Made by a program: the position numbers and the translations under genes. A stretch of 64,000 bases of DNA from the human T2T-CHM13v2.0 reference genome, Homo sapiens: assembly GCF_009914755.1 (NCBI RefSeq), contig NC_060938.1; one strand, written 5' to 3'. The notes beneath the pieces are model-generated. The model was not told the origin of the DNA and did no database searches. It worked only from the letters and a program-made list of their open reading frames with translations. This document shows, piece after piece, positions 41,866-64,000 of this stretch (within the stretch, counting starts at the first letter, position 1; the number at the start of each line of letters is the position of its first letter).

Positions 41866-42866
41866 GACACTGGGTGGAGGTATAGATTAAATAAAAATAG
41901 CAGGGATGTTGATTCTGGCTGCTGGATACCTAGGGCTGCTGTTCATTTTGTATATGCTTGAGGTTTTTCATATTATACTTTTAAGTAAAAAAAAAAAAAA
42001 AGGCTTTTAGAGAGACTAATAAATTCCTTGCCTTTGTTTCTATTTATAACCTTACACAGCAGACTTTTTGTTTTTGTAAAAGTAATTTGAGGACTGCTTA
42101 GAGGTGTGACTTGAGAAAAACCATGTACCACATGTAGACCTGACGTTGGCATCAGCATCTGCAGCTGGGAAGAACGGTGGGAAGATCACCAGCTCAGGAC
42201 CTATACAGACCTGGGCTCAGAGTCAGCTCCACGACGTGTAGGTTGGGTAGCAACGGGCCAGGTGGGGAACTTGATCTCTCCGAATTTCAATTCCCTAGTC
42301 TGAAAGATGTAACAATGGATCTTCCTCCCAGGGCCGCAGTGAGGATTCAATGACACATGCATATAATTCACCTAGTACTGTTCATGACACCAGATATGTA
42401 GTGAACAACTGCGGTAATCTTACTATTATTATCTCACGTCCATCTCCAAAATAGTCTTCAAGCTCTGCTAACTTGTATTATCTGTTATGGAAAAACTGAT
42501 TTACATAGCAAGTTGCTTTATTACGGTGTGCCAGCACTGCACTAAGTGCTTCATCTGCATTATTTAATTTGACCCTCACAACAATCTTATGGGGTAGATA
42601 CTGTGGTTATCCCCATTGTATAAAGAAAGAAACAGAGGCACGGAGAAATTAGGGAATTGTCCAAGATTGCATGAACTAAAATGGAGGAGCTGCTGGTTCC
42701 GACCTTTAGAGTCAGAGCTGGTAACCCTACACTGAACCCCGGGTTTAGCAGACTTGTGCCAATGTCACTGCCTCGGGGCACAAAGGGAGATCCCACAAAT
42801 ACCAAGACTAGGGATTTTTTTTAAGAGACTCACTCCATTTCTTCTATTTCTATAGGAAAAATATAG

Positions 42867-43037
<171 letters not shown>

Positions 43038-43700
43038 TAGGACTACAGGCACCACCACTATGCCCAGCTAACTTTTTTATTTCTTTTTTTGGTAGAGCGG
43101 GGGTTTTGCCATGTTGCCCAGGCTGGTCTTTAACTTCCAGGCTCAACTGATCTGCCCACCTTGGCCTCCCAAAGTGCTGGGATTATAGGTGTGAGACCCA
43201 CTGTGCCCAAAGAGAGCCTATTCTTAATTGTGTACTTTTGGCAAGTATTGGTGGAGGAAAATTCTGAGGATATACCAGAAAAGATACAAAACGACTCAGT
43301 TCTGTTGAGGCCTCAGGCAAGTAACTAACTTCCTTATCCCTAACTAAGTCCTTGAGTGACTCAAAAGGCAAACAATGCTCAGGAGTGAAAGTGCCCTCCC
43401 TGCCACAGTACTAATCCATTATGTGTATTTTTTTACCTTTCTTTAACTTCATATTAACTAAGATTACTGCAAAAGCCATCCGTTTCTATTTGAATTAAAG
43501 CATAGGAAAGGAGCAGAAGTAATACTGGAGGGGGTAGGGGTCAGAGGCTCCAAATACCAACCTCATGCTGCCCAAGTGACTCAGTATGACTTTCTGCTAC
43601 TAATGCTTCACATTCCTCACACCACCCACACAACTGTGCAAGGTGACTCTGGGGATTCACTTACACAATGATAAGCAAGCAGAAACGGATTTTTGCGTGT

Positions 43701-44415
<715 letters not shown>

Positions 44416-44546
44416 AATCTTCCCAGGGGCTGAGGAGGCATGAGAAAGAACTTCAATAAACTGAGCGTTCTTCACCCGCTAGAGAACTGCTCCTTAGAAC
44501 ATTCTAAACTTATCTGATAGAGGCTGGACCCAGGACTGTAATCCTA

Positions 44547-44990
<444 letters not shown>

Positions 44991-46232
44991 TTACTCATGA
45001 GGCTGAGGCTGGATAATCGCTTGAGCCCTGGAAGCAGAGGTTGTAGTGAGCTGAGATCACACCACTGCACTCTAGCCTGGGCAACAGAATGAGACCCTGA
45101 CTCAAAAAAAAAAAAAAAAAAGAAAAAAAAAAGCATCACACCCTACTGTTCAAAATCCTGTACTGGCAACTTTGGGTCAAAGGTGGCTGTTTAAGGAAGT
45201 CTGTTTTTTTGTGTTTTTTTTTTAATTTTTGTAGAGATGGGGTCTTGCTATGTTGCCCAGGCTGATCTTGAACTCCTGTGCTCTAGCAATCCTCCTGCCT
45301 CAGCCTCCCAAGTAGCTGGAATTTCAGGTGTGAGCCACAGCACCCAGCTGTCTGCTCTTTAGATACGGGATAATCAGTATACTGTGCATCAAATCCTCTC
45401 TCATCAGTGGTTTACAAGTAAAGATGGAGTCGGGGAAAGATAAAGAAACACAGAGAATGCAGAATGCATAGAGAGGAAGAAGTGCTAGAAGAGAAGGAGC
45501 AGAACACCTGGTGGCTTCAGTCTTCCTAGTGGTAGGTAAACTACCATATGCATTGGGCAGTGAAGAACAAGGATTTGCCTTAGCAGAATCTGGGTTCACA
45601 TCTGGCTCTGCCCACCCAGTAATCTAGAAAAAATGTCAAATTACCTCACATCTCTAAGCACCTATCCTCATATATGAAACAAGGATAACTACCCTATCCA
45701 GATGTCATGAGGATGAAATTACTGTTCTTGGCCAGGTGTGGTGGCTCACACCTATAATTCCAGCACTTTGGGAGGCTGAGGCAGAAGGATCACTTGAGCC
45801 CGGGAGTTCATGGTCAGCTTGGGCAACACAGTGAAATCCCATCTCCATTTTAAAAGTTAACTAATTAATTAAAAAATGAAGGCTGGGTGTAGTGGCTCAG
45901 GCTGAGCGTGATGGCTCAGGTTGGGCATGGTGGCTCATGCCTGTCACTTATGTTATATTAATATAATATTAATATATTAATTTATTCACAGTTAGTTAAA
46001 TTGCAAGGACCTCTAATACATTTAGACTAAGGTTGCATTTATAGAAGTCCAACACACAGCCAGGCACAGTGGCTCATGCCTGTAATCCCAGCCCTTTGTG
46101 AGGCTAAGGCAGGCAGATACCTTGAGGTCAGGAGTTCAAGACCAGCACGGGCAACGTGGTGAAGCCCCGTCTCTATAAAAAATACAAAAATTAGCCAGGC
46201 GTGTGGTGTGCTCCTGTGGTCCCAGCTACTCA

Positions 46233-46376
<144 letters not shown>

Positions 46377-47082
46377 CTAGGCACAGTGGCTCACACCTGT
46401 AATCCCAGCACTTTGGAAGGCCAAGGCGGGCGGATCACTTGAGGCCAAGGAGTTCAAGACCAGCCTGGCCAACGTGGTGAAACCTGATCTATACTTAAAA
46501 AAAATAATAATTAGCCGGGCTTGGTGGCACATGCCTGCAGTTGCAGCTACTAGGAGGCTAAGTCACGAGAATCGCTTGAACTGGGGTGGCGGAGGTTGCA
46601 ATGAGTCAAGATTGTGCCACTGCACTCCAGCCTGGGAGACAGAGTGAGACTCTGTCTCCAAAAAAAAAAAAAAAAAAATCAATGGATCATAAAATCAAAT
46701 GGATCATAAAGGGTTCACTTCCGAGCTCTCTATCCTGTTCCATTGGTTGATATATCATTTTTTTGCTGTTTTTTTTAATTAAAAAAAAAAGAAATCCAAC
46801 ACATTTATAACTTTTAGGAACATACAGACTGTTTAAGGTGAGACACACTTTTGAAACTTAAACTTTTTTGTGGTCATTCATCACTGATATTACAGTAAGC
46901 CTGGATATGAGTAAACTCCAGTATGATAAACATAACATTAGCATATAACCCTCACTGCCCAAAGAAATCTGATTGTATCTTACATATTATTAAATTAATA
47001 AAGCTCCCCCCTAATATTAAGTTGCCGTTATTGACTGAAACTTGGATCTGTGTTTGGTCCCAAGTGCATCTCTGTAGCCTAC

Positions 47083-47197
47083 CTTTCAAAGCGCTGCTTC
47101 ATTTGTTTACATGCATAGTAGTTTCCATCTCTCAGGCTTTGCATCTTCATAACTTCAGAAAACGTTCCCTCTCCTATTTTGCCAATTGCTTTATAGT
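47083..47197 (-). CDS. MOK: MOK exon 2 (115 nt; Gly-rich loop and beta3 Lys)
   Basis: Encodes YKAIGKIGEGTFSEVMKMQSLRDGNYYACKQMKQRFE; tttatttatag acceptor, AG|gtaggc donor. Confidence 0.96.
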
Positions 47198-47339
47198 CTA
47201 TAAATAAAAATGATTACAAAAATAAAATGTTATTTATGCATACACTTGTATTCACTTCCAGACAGCAAACTTTTAATCTATAAGATAATTTAAACAGCAA
47301 TATACTGAGAATTGTTTCTCCTATCTTTGTAAGATTTAG

Positions 47340-48850
<1,511 letters not shown>

Positions 48851-49213
48851 AACCTGCACCTGCACAAAGCAGATGGGGTCTTGCTATGTTGCCCAGGCTG
48901 GCCTCAAACTCCTGGGCTCAAGCCTAAACTTCTACCTCAGCCTCCCAAGTGGCTAGCATGAGCCACTGCACCCAATTCACAGGTTTTCAAAACTGCAGCG
49001 CTGAAGGTGGGCATCCTCTTCAGTATTCCTTTCCACATGCACATTTCAAATGCCTTGTCTGAATTCTGATTTGAACAAACCATCGGTAAAAAGGTACTCA
49101 TTTTTCAGAAGTGATAACGGTTATGTCAAAACACAAAAAATGTCCTTATCTGTTAGCAAGAAATACAGAAGTATTTCCAGGTGAAAATGATACAATAATT
49201 GGAATTTACTTTA

Positions 49214-49595
<382 letters not shown>

Positions 49596-49622
49596 CTATT
49601 AAATCTTTAAGATGTGCATCCG

Positions 49623-50173
<551 letters not shown>

Positions 50174-50517
50174 CTACTATACGCTAGCCTGGGCGACAGA
50201 GGGAGACCCTGTCTAAAAGAAAAAAAAATAACTTGCTCAAGTACATATGACAGGAAGATTAATGATTGCACCATTAATCAATACAGTAAAGCTGATAACC
50301 CAAATGGCCCCCATAGGAAACTGGATTAATATGGTTTACCTGTATAACGGAATATACTGTAAATATTTAAAATAATGGGTGGCAGGTGCCTGTAGTCCCA
50401 ACTATTTGAGAGGCTGACGCAGGAGAATCACTTCAACCAGGGAAGTGGAGGTTGCAGTAAGCTGAGATTGCGCCACTCCACTCCAGCCTGGGCAACAAAG
50501 TGAGACTCCGTCTCAAA

Positions 50518-50554
<37 letters not shown>

Positions 50555-51080
50555 TCCTTAAAAACTATACACACACACAGAATTAATACTGGCTCTGTCT
50601 GAGGTTACAGGTGTCTCATTTTCTAAGTTAGATATTTTCCACAATGTTGTTTTTTGAAATAAGAGCATGATTTTCACTGTTTTATTTCAAAATAACAAAA
50701 ACTAAATACTCCTCCCCCAGAAAAGATGGTGGTGGGGAAAATGGTAAAATGCTGATCACTGCTGAAATTCGGTGATGGATTTATGAGGGTTCAGTGGGCG
50801 TGGTGGCTCACGCCTGTCATCCCAGCACTTTGGGAAGCCGAAGCAGGCAGATTACCTGAGGTCAGGAGTTCGAGACCAGCCTGGCCAACATGGCGAAACT
50901 CCATCTCTACTACAAATACAAAACTTGGCCAGGCACAGTGGCACATGCCTGTAATCCCAGCACTTTGGGAGGCCGAGACGGGCAGATCACGAGGTCAGGA
51001 GTTCAAGACCAGGCCAGCCTGACCAAGATGATGAAACCCCATCGTACTAAAAATATAAAAATTAGCTGAGCATGGCAGCG

Positions 51081-52320
51081 CTATATATCTGATAAGAAAC
51101 TTATATCTAGAATATATAAATAAGTCTTATAACTCAATACAAAGACAATCCAACTAAAAGGTGATCAAAAGATTTGACAGATATTTCTCCAAAGAAGACA
51201 TAAAAATGACCAATAAGCTATGAAATGATGCTCAACATCATCAGTCATTAGGGAAAAGCAAGTTAAAACTATGATGAGATACCACTTCACACTCACTAGA
51301 ATCAAAAACATAGATAATAACAAGTGTTGGTGAGGATGTGGAGAAATTGGGACCCTCATACATTGCTGGCAGGAATGGAAAATGGTGCAGACACTATGAA
51401 AAACAGTTTAGCCAGTTCTTTGAGATTTTTTTTTTTTTTTTTTTTTTTGAGACGGAGTCTTGCTCTGTCGCCCAGGCCGGACTGCGGACTGCAGTGGCGC
51501 AATCTCGGCTCACTGCAAGCTCTCCGCTTCCCGGGTTCACGCCATTCTCCTGCCTCAGCCTCCCGAGTAGCTGGGATTACAGGCGCCCGCCACCGCGCCC
51601 GGCTAATTTTTTGTATTTTTAGTAGAGACGGGGTTTCACCTTGTTAGCCAGGATGGTCTCGATCTCCTGACCTCATGATCCACCCGCCTCGGCCTCCCAA
51701 AGTGCTGGGATTACAGGCGTGAGCCACCGCACCCGGCCTGAGATGTTAAACAGAGTTACCATATGACCCAGCAATTCCACTCCTACATATATGCCTAAGA
51801 GAAACAAAAACGTATGTCCAAACAAAAACCTGTAAGTGAATGTTCACAGTAGCATTATTCATAATATCTGAAAGGTGGAAAGCATCCAAATGTCCATCAG
51901 GAGATGAACGGATAAACAAAATGTGGTCTATCCATACAATGGAATATTACTCAGCCATGAAAAGGAATGAAGTACTGATACATGCTACAGCATGGATGAG
52001 CCTTGAGGACATTATGCTAAGTGAAAGAAATCAGGCACAAAATGCCACATATTATGTGATCCCACTTATATGAAATGTCCAGAATAAGCAAATCTATAGA
52101 GGCAGGAAATAGATTTGTAATTGCCTAGGGCTGGTGGAATGTGGGATAAAGGAGTAACCACTCCTTATTTCTTTTGGGGTACAGGTTTCTTTTGGGGATG
52201 ATGAAAATATTTTAACATTAGATTATAGTTATAGTTACACAACTCAGAAAATATACTTAAAATCACTGAGCAGTATACTTTAAATGAGTGAACGTTATAG
52301 TATGTATATTTCAATAACTC
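51081..52320 (+). mobile_element. L1MB-type 3' end, interrupted by AluYb8
   Basis: CAAGTGTTGGTGAGGATGTGGAGAAATTGG, GACCCAGCAATTCCACTCCTA, CATACAATGGAATATTACTCAGCC. Confidence 0.85.
51427..51738 (-). mobile_element. AluYb8 (human-specific young Alu)
   Basis: Diagnostic 7-bp duplication (plus strand GGCCGGACTGCGGACTGCAG) plus AACAAGGTG, GGATCATGAGG and GGGAAGCGG diagnostics; TGAGAT flanks both sides. Confidence 0.92.
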
Positions 52321-52495
52321 CATTAAAACAGACAACTCTGTGGTGTTGGAAATCAGAAAGTGGTTACCCTTGTGGGGTGAAGTGACCAGAATGGGCTGAA
52401 GGGGACACCCATGATACCAGTAACACTCTGCTTCTTGATCTGGAAGCAGGTTTCATTGGCATGTTCACTTCACCAACTTGTATACTTAAATGTAA

Positions 52496-52891
<396 letters not shown>

Positions 52892-53734
52892 TAAGGAACA
52901 GAAATGATACACAGTAAAAGTATATACAGGGAAAATCACAAAGAAACACAGACTGAGAAATCTCATTAATGGCAGAATATGCACGTCTACAAATCCCTAC
53001 TGCTAAGGTGCAAAACAATCTGCTTTCAATACTATTCTAGTTCCTAAGAGGGCCAATTCCCTCCTGCTCTCGGGTTTTCCTATTTTTAAGCTCCTGTTTT
53101 TTATTTTTATTTTATTTTATTTTATTTTGAGACAGAGTCTCACTGTGTTGCCCAAGTGATCTCGGCTCACTACAACCTCCATCTTCCAAGTTCAAGAGAT
53201 TCTCGTGCCTCAGCCTCCCAAGTAGCTGGGATTACAGGTGTGTGCCACCATACCAAGCTAATTTTTGTATTTTTAGTAGAGATGGGGTTTCACCATGTTG
53301 GCCAGGCTGGTCTCGAACTCCTAACCTCAGGTAATCCACCCGCCTCAGCTTCCCACCCGCCTCACCCTCCCAAAGTGCTGGGATTATAGGCGTGAGCCAC
53401 TGCACCCAGCCCTCAAGCTCCTTCTTTGTCAACAGTTATAATAATATGTCTCCATACTGTGAGGTGTAAGGAGATTTACTGGTCCTTACAATTGAAACTA
53501 AAACAATTCTCTTAATAAGAACTAAAGGATAAAGAACACTTCTTCAACAGTCTTCCTAACAAGGAGACTAGATTCTTTTTCTCCATGGTTAGAACGAGAC
53601 ATCCTCTTCTGGTTTCTCAAAACAGGTCTCCACCCTATTTCCCAGGTGGCTTCCTTGTTCGAAATGAAAACCCTCTGGGAAGGGTTTGAGTATTACTTGG
53701 TCCTGGAAACTTACAAGAAGCAGGAGATAAAATG

Positions 53735-56884
<3,150 letters not shown>

Positions 56885-57143
56885 TTATGTAACCATTGAT
56901 AACGATGCTTTCAAATAATATTTCATGACATGGGAAAATGTTCAGCCATAATTTCATGTTAAGTGAAAAAAAGGATGATAATGATCATACACACAACACA
57001 TGCACAGAGAAAGACTGAATACAGCTGGGTGCGGTGGCTCACGCCTGTAATCCCAGCACTTTGGGAGGCTGAGGCAGGCGGATCACCTGAGGTCAGGAGT
57101 TCGAGACCAGCATGACCAACATGGAGAAACCCTGTCTCTACTA

Positions 57144-57584
<441 letters not shown>

Positions 57585-57859
57585 TTAAAGGAAGACAGTC
57601 ATAAAGATCACGGGAAGGGGCCAGGTGTGGTGGCTCATGCCTGTAATCCCAGCACTCTGGGAGGCTTAGGCAGGCGGATCACCTGATCCCAGGAGTTTGA
57701 GACCAGCCTGGGTAACATGGTGAAATCTTGTCTCTACCAAAAATACAAAAAAATTAGCCAGGTGAGGCCGGGTGCGGTGGCTCATGCCTGTAATCCCAGC
57801 ACTTTGGGAGGCCAAGGCGGGCGGATCACAAGGTCAGGAGATCAACACCATCCTGGCTA

Positions 57860-58217
<358 letters not shown>

Positions 58218-59569
58218 TCAAAAAGAAAAAAAAAAGAAAATCAAAGGAGGGATTGGAGGTCAATCACTCAAAGTCAAGCTGTGGACTAAGGAATTCAGAT
58301 TTAAGAGAAGAGGGAATTTACACAATCAATTCCAATTTGTGTTTCATCACAGATAAATTAAGCAGACTTGCTTTAAAAAAAATAGGTCAACTGTGAACTG
58401 TAAAGTGGTTTCAGCACACAAATTCAGTGTGTGCCAATGTCCCAGGCTGGCTCGAAACCATCACAACCAGCAATAAATGGAACTTGCCGCACTGGAGGTG
58501 TCTGTTGGTAGATAAAGGGGTCACTTGTTTCCCTCATGGCTCTTCTAGTAGGCAGAAAGTATGGGGTATAAAACAAGGATAAGAGGCAGGGATTAAAAAA
58601 GAAACCACCTCTATGAAAAAATTCCTGGGAAAAGTTCCTGTTCTCTCCAACAAGATCTGGCGTATTTTCATAGGCCTTCAAAATTAAACAAGAAACACTG
58701 AAATGCAGACAAAGCATGATACAAAGCTCTGAAGGGAACAGAGCTATGATACTGTAAATGAACGTCATGCCCCACATTATTGGGAATAGAGTAAACAAGC
58801 ACCAAAACAAAAAGAAAAACAGACTCAAGGACAAAGGGGTTAAAATAACAGAGCTGGATGAAAAAGGGAGAACGAGGGAGATAAATGAATACCTCTGTAT
58901 TAAGATTCTATGCACATTTATTAAACCAAGGCTTGTTTGTTGAAGTGGAATTTAAGCCTTATTTAACAAGTGAAAATGAAGGTCAAATTCACTTTTTGTG
59001 AAATGCAAAACTTGTCACGTTCAAGTCCAAACATTTTTATTCATGTGCTGTTTATAAAGTTCTTAATCAGGGTGGGTGACAGGCATCAGAGCTATGGGGC
59101 TTCACCAGTAGAGGGAGGAAAAGAATTGGGGGAGGTTAATTGCTGACTACAACTAGAGTATGCGAGGAAGAAGATTTCAGCTTCTTACTAATTTCCATTC
59201 TCTTCGAGAGATTAAACAGTTCAAACCAAATTACTAAAACAAGGTCAGGAAGCTTCAGTGAAGAGGAGCTGTACACAATTAATTATTTGATATAGTGAGG
59301 AAAATTATGACCTGAATTACTAAACATTGTGAAAACAGAAAAGAACACAAAACTATTCAAAAATTCTTAAAATTTTAAAATTGAAATTACACCTATTAAC
59401 CCAGTAAGTCCACTGTTAATAAACTTGAAGAATTATTCAAAGATCTATGTTCTGGACTGGGCGTGATGGCTCACATCTGTAATCCTAACACTTTGGGAGT
59501 GCAAGATGGGAGGATCACTTCAGATCAGGAGTTCATGACCAGCCTGGTCAACATAGCAACACCTGGCTA

Positions 59570-59890
<321 letters not shown>

Positions 59891-60397
59891 CTATGTTCAA
59901 GCATCTTCATAGATGCATCATCCTACAAGCTACAATACAACATATTTAATGTAATCCCATTTGATTTTGGGTAAGGAACAACCATATATTTATATGTATA
60001 TACACACACACCAATATATAAAACTTGTGTGTATATACACAAAAATATGCATAGAAAATGTATGAATGTCCATCTAAGACAATGTTAACCAGGATTTACT
60101 GTGGCAAATAGGGGAAGGTCCTGAGGCTAACTCAAAACCTTCTATGGTTTGGATTTATCACAAAGCCAGTATTAAGTTTACCTCATTTTGTTTTTATTTC
60201 AAGAGAAACAGTTGCTAGATAATGCATCTACTTATAAAAACAGAAAGTGGCCAGGCACAGCTGTAATTCCAACATATTGGGAGGCCGAGACAGGAGGACC
60301 ACCAGATCCCAGGATTTTGAGACCAGTCTAGGCAACATGGTGAGACCCTCATCTCTAAAAAAATAATAATAATAAATAAGTAAAATAAAATGGCTCA

Positions 60398-60744
<347 letters not shown>

Positions 60745-60795
60745 TCAGGAGATCAAGACCATCCTGGCTAACACGGTGAAACCCCATCTCTACTA

Positions 60796-62724
<1,929 letters not shown>

Positions 62725-62895
62725 CCAGCATTTAAGAAAGACAAATTACTTGACTCTTTCCATGGCGGAAAAAAAAAAAGACAGTTTAAACCTCATTGTA
62801 ATTACAACAGATACTTTTAAAAATTCTCTCTGGGCCGGACGCAGTGGCTCACGCCTGTAATCCCAGCACTTTGGGAGGCCGAGGCGGGCAGATCA

Positions 62896-63156
<261 letters not shown>

Positions 63157-63626
63157 TTACCGTCTTCAGAGTGTAACTTCTCTGGGTTTTTGTTTTATTT
63201 TTTTGAAACAGGGTCTTCCTTTGACATCCAGGCTGGAGAGCAGTGGTGTGATCCCAGCTCACTACAGCCTCAAACTCCTGGGTTCAAGCAATGCTCCTCC
63301 CTCAGCCTCCCGAGTACCTGAGACCACAGGCATGCACTGCCATGCTTGGCCAATTTTTAAATTTAGTAGAGACAGAGTCTCGTCATGTTGCCCAGGCTGG
63401 TCTCAGACTCCTGGATTTAAGCAATCTCTTGCCTCAGCCTCTCGAAGTGCTGGGTTTACAGACATGAGCCACCATGCCTGGCCACTTTTCTCTTTTTATA
63501 GGTATGTTTTGAATAATTCATTAAAAAGTTGAGACAGGACCAGGCACAGTGGCTCATGCCTATAATCCAGGAGTTCAAGACCGGCCTGGGCAATATAGGG
63601 AGACCCCCATCTCTAGTAAACAATTA

Positions 63627-63922
<296 letters not shown>

Positions 63923-64000
63923 TCAAAAAAAAAAAAAAAAAAAAAAAGCCTGGGCTGGGCAACACAGCAAAACCCCATCTCCACCAAAAAAAAAAAAAAA

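Noticed and set aside
58424-58915. 163-aa hydrophobic ORF on the minus strand
   Set aside because: Hydrophobicity follows from T-rich composition (Phe/Leu/Ser); no recognisable domain or convincing splice context.

Overview
Human genomic DNA; an AluYb8 copy is present, and that subfamily is human-specific. The window lies entirely inside the MOK (RAGE) Ser/Thr kinase gene on the minus strand. Coding exons 2-7 were reconstructed with GT-AG boundaries and consistent phases; exon 1 lies beyond the right end and exon 8 onward beyond the left end. Positions 1-12555 (intron 7) hold a nested retroviral stack on the + strand. An old HERV-F/H-group provirus (pol, env, 3' LTR) was split in its integrase tail by a complete 5.8 kb HERV-H (LTR7) provirus with a perfect CTTAC target-site duplication and a tRNA-Phe, not tRNA-His, primer-binding site; two Alus also inserted into the outer element. 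The rest is very Alu-dense intron with fragmented old L1s, MaLR, MIR/L2 and a solo LTR12 (ERV9) antisense to MOK. The most unusual signals: (1) an ungapped 118-bp inverted repeat in intron 2 with no family I recognise, whose left arm lies inside a candidate in-frame 147-nt MOK cassette exon; (2) a degraded two-transmembrane small ORF between pol and env of the outer provirus. Repeat family names are from recall of consensus sequences, not from a database search.
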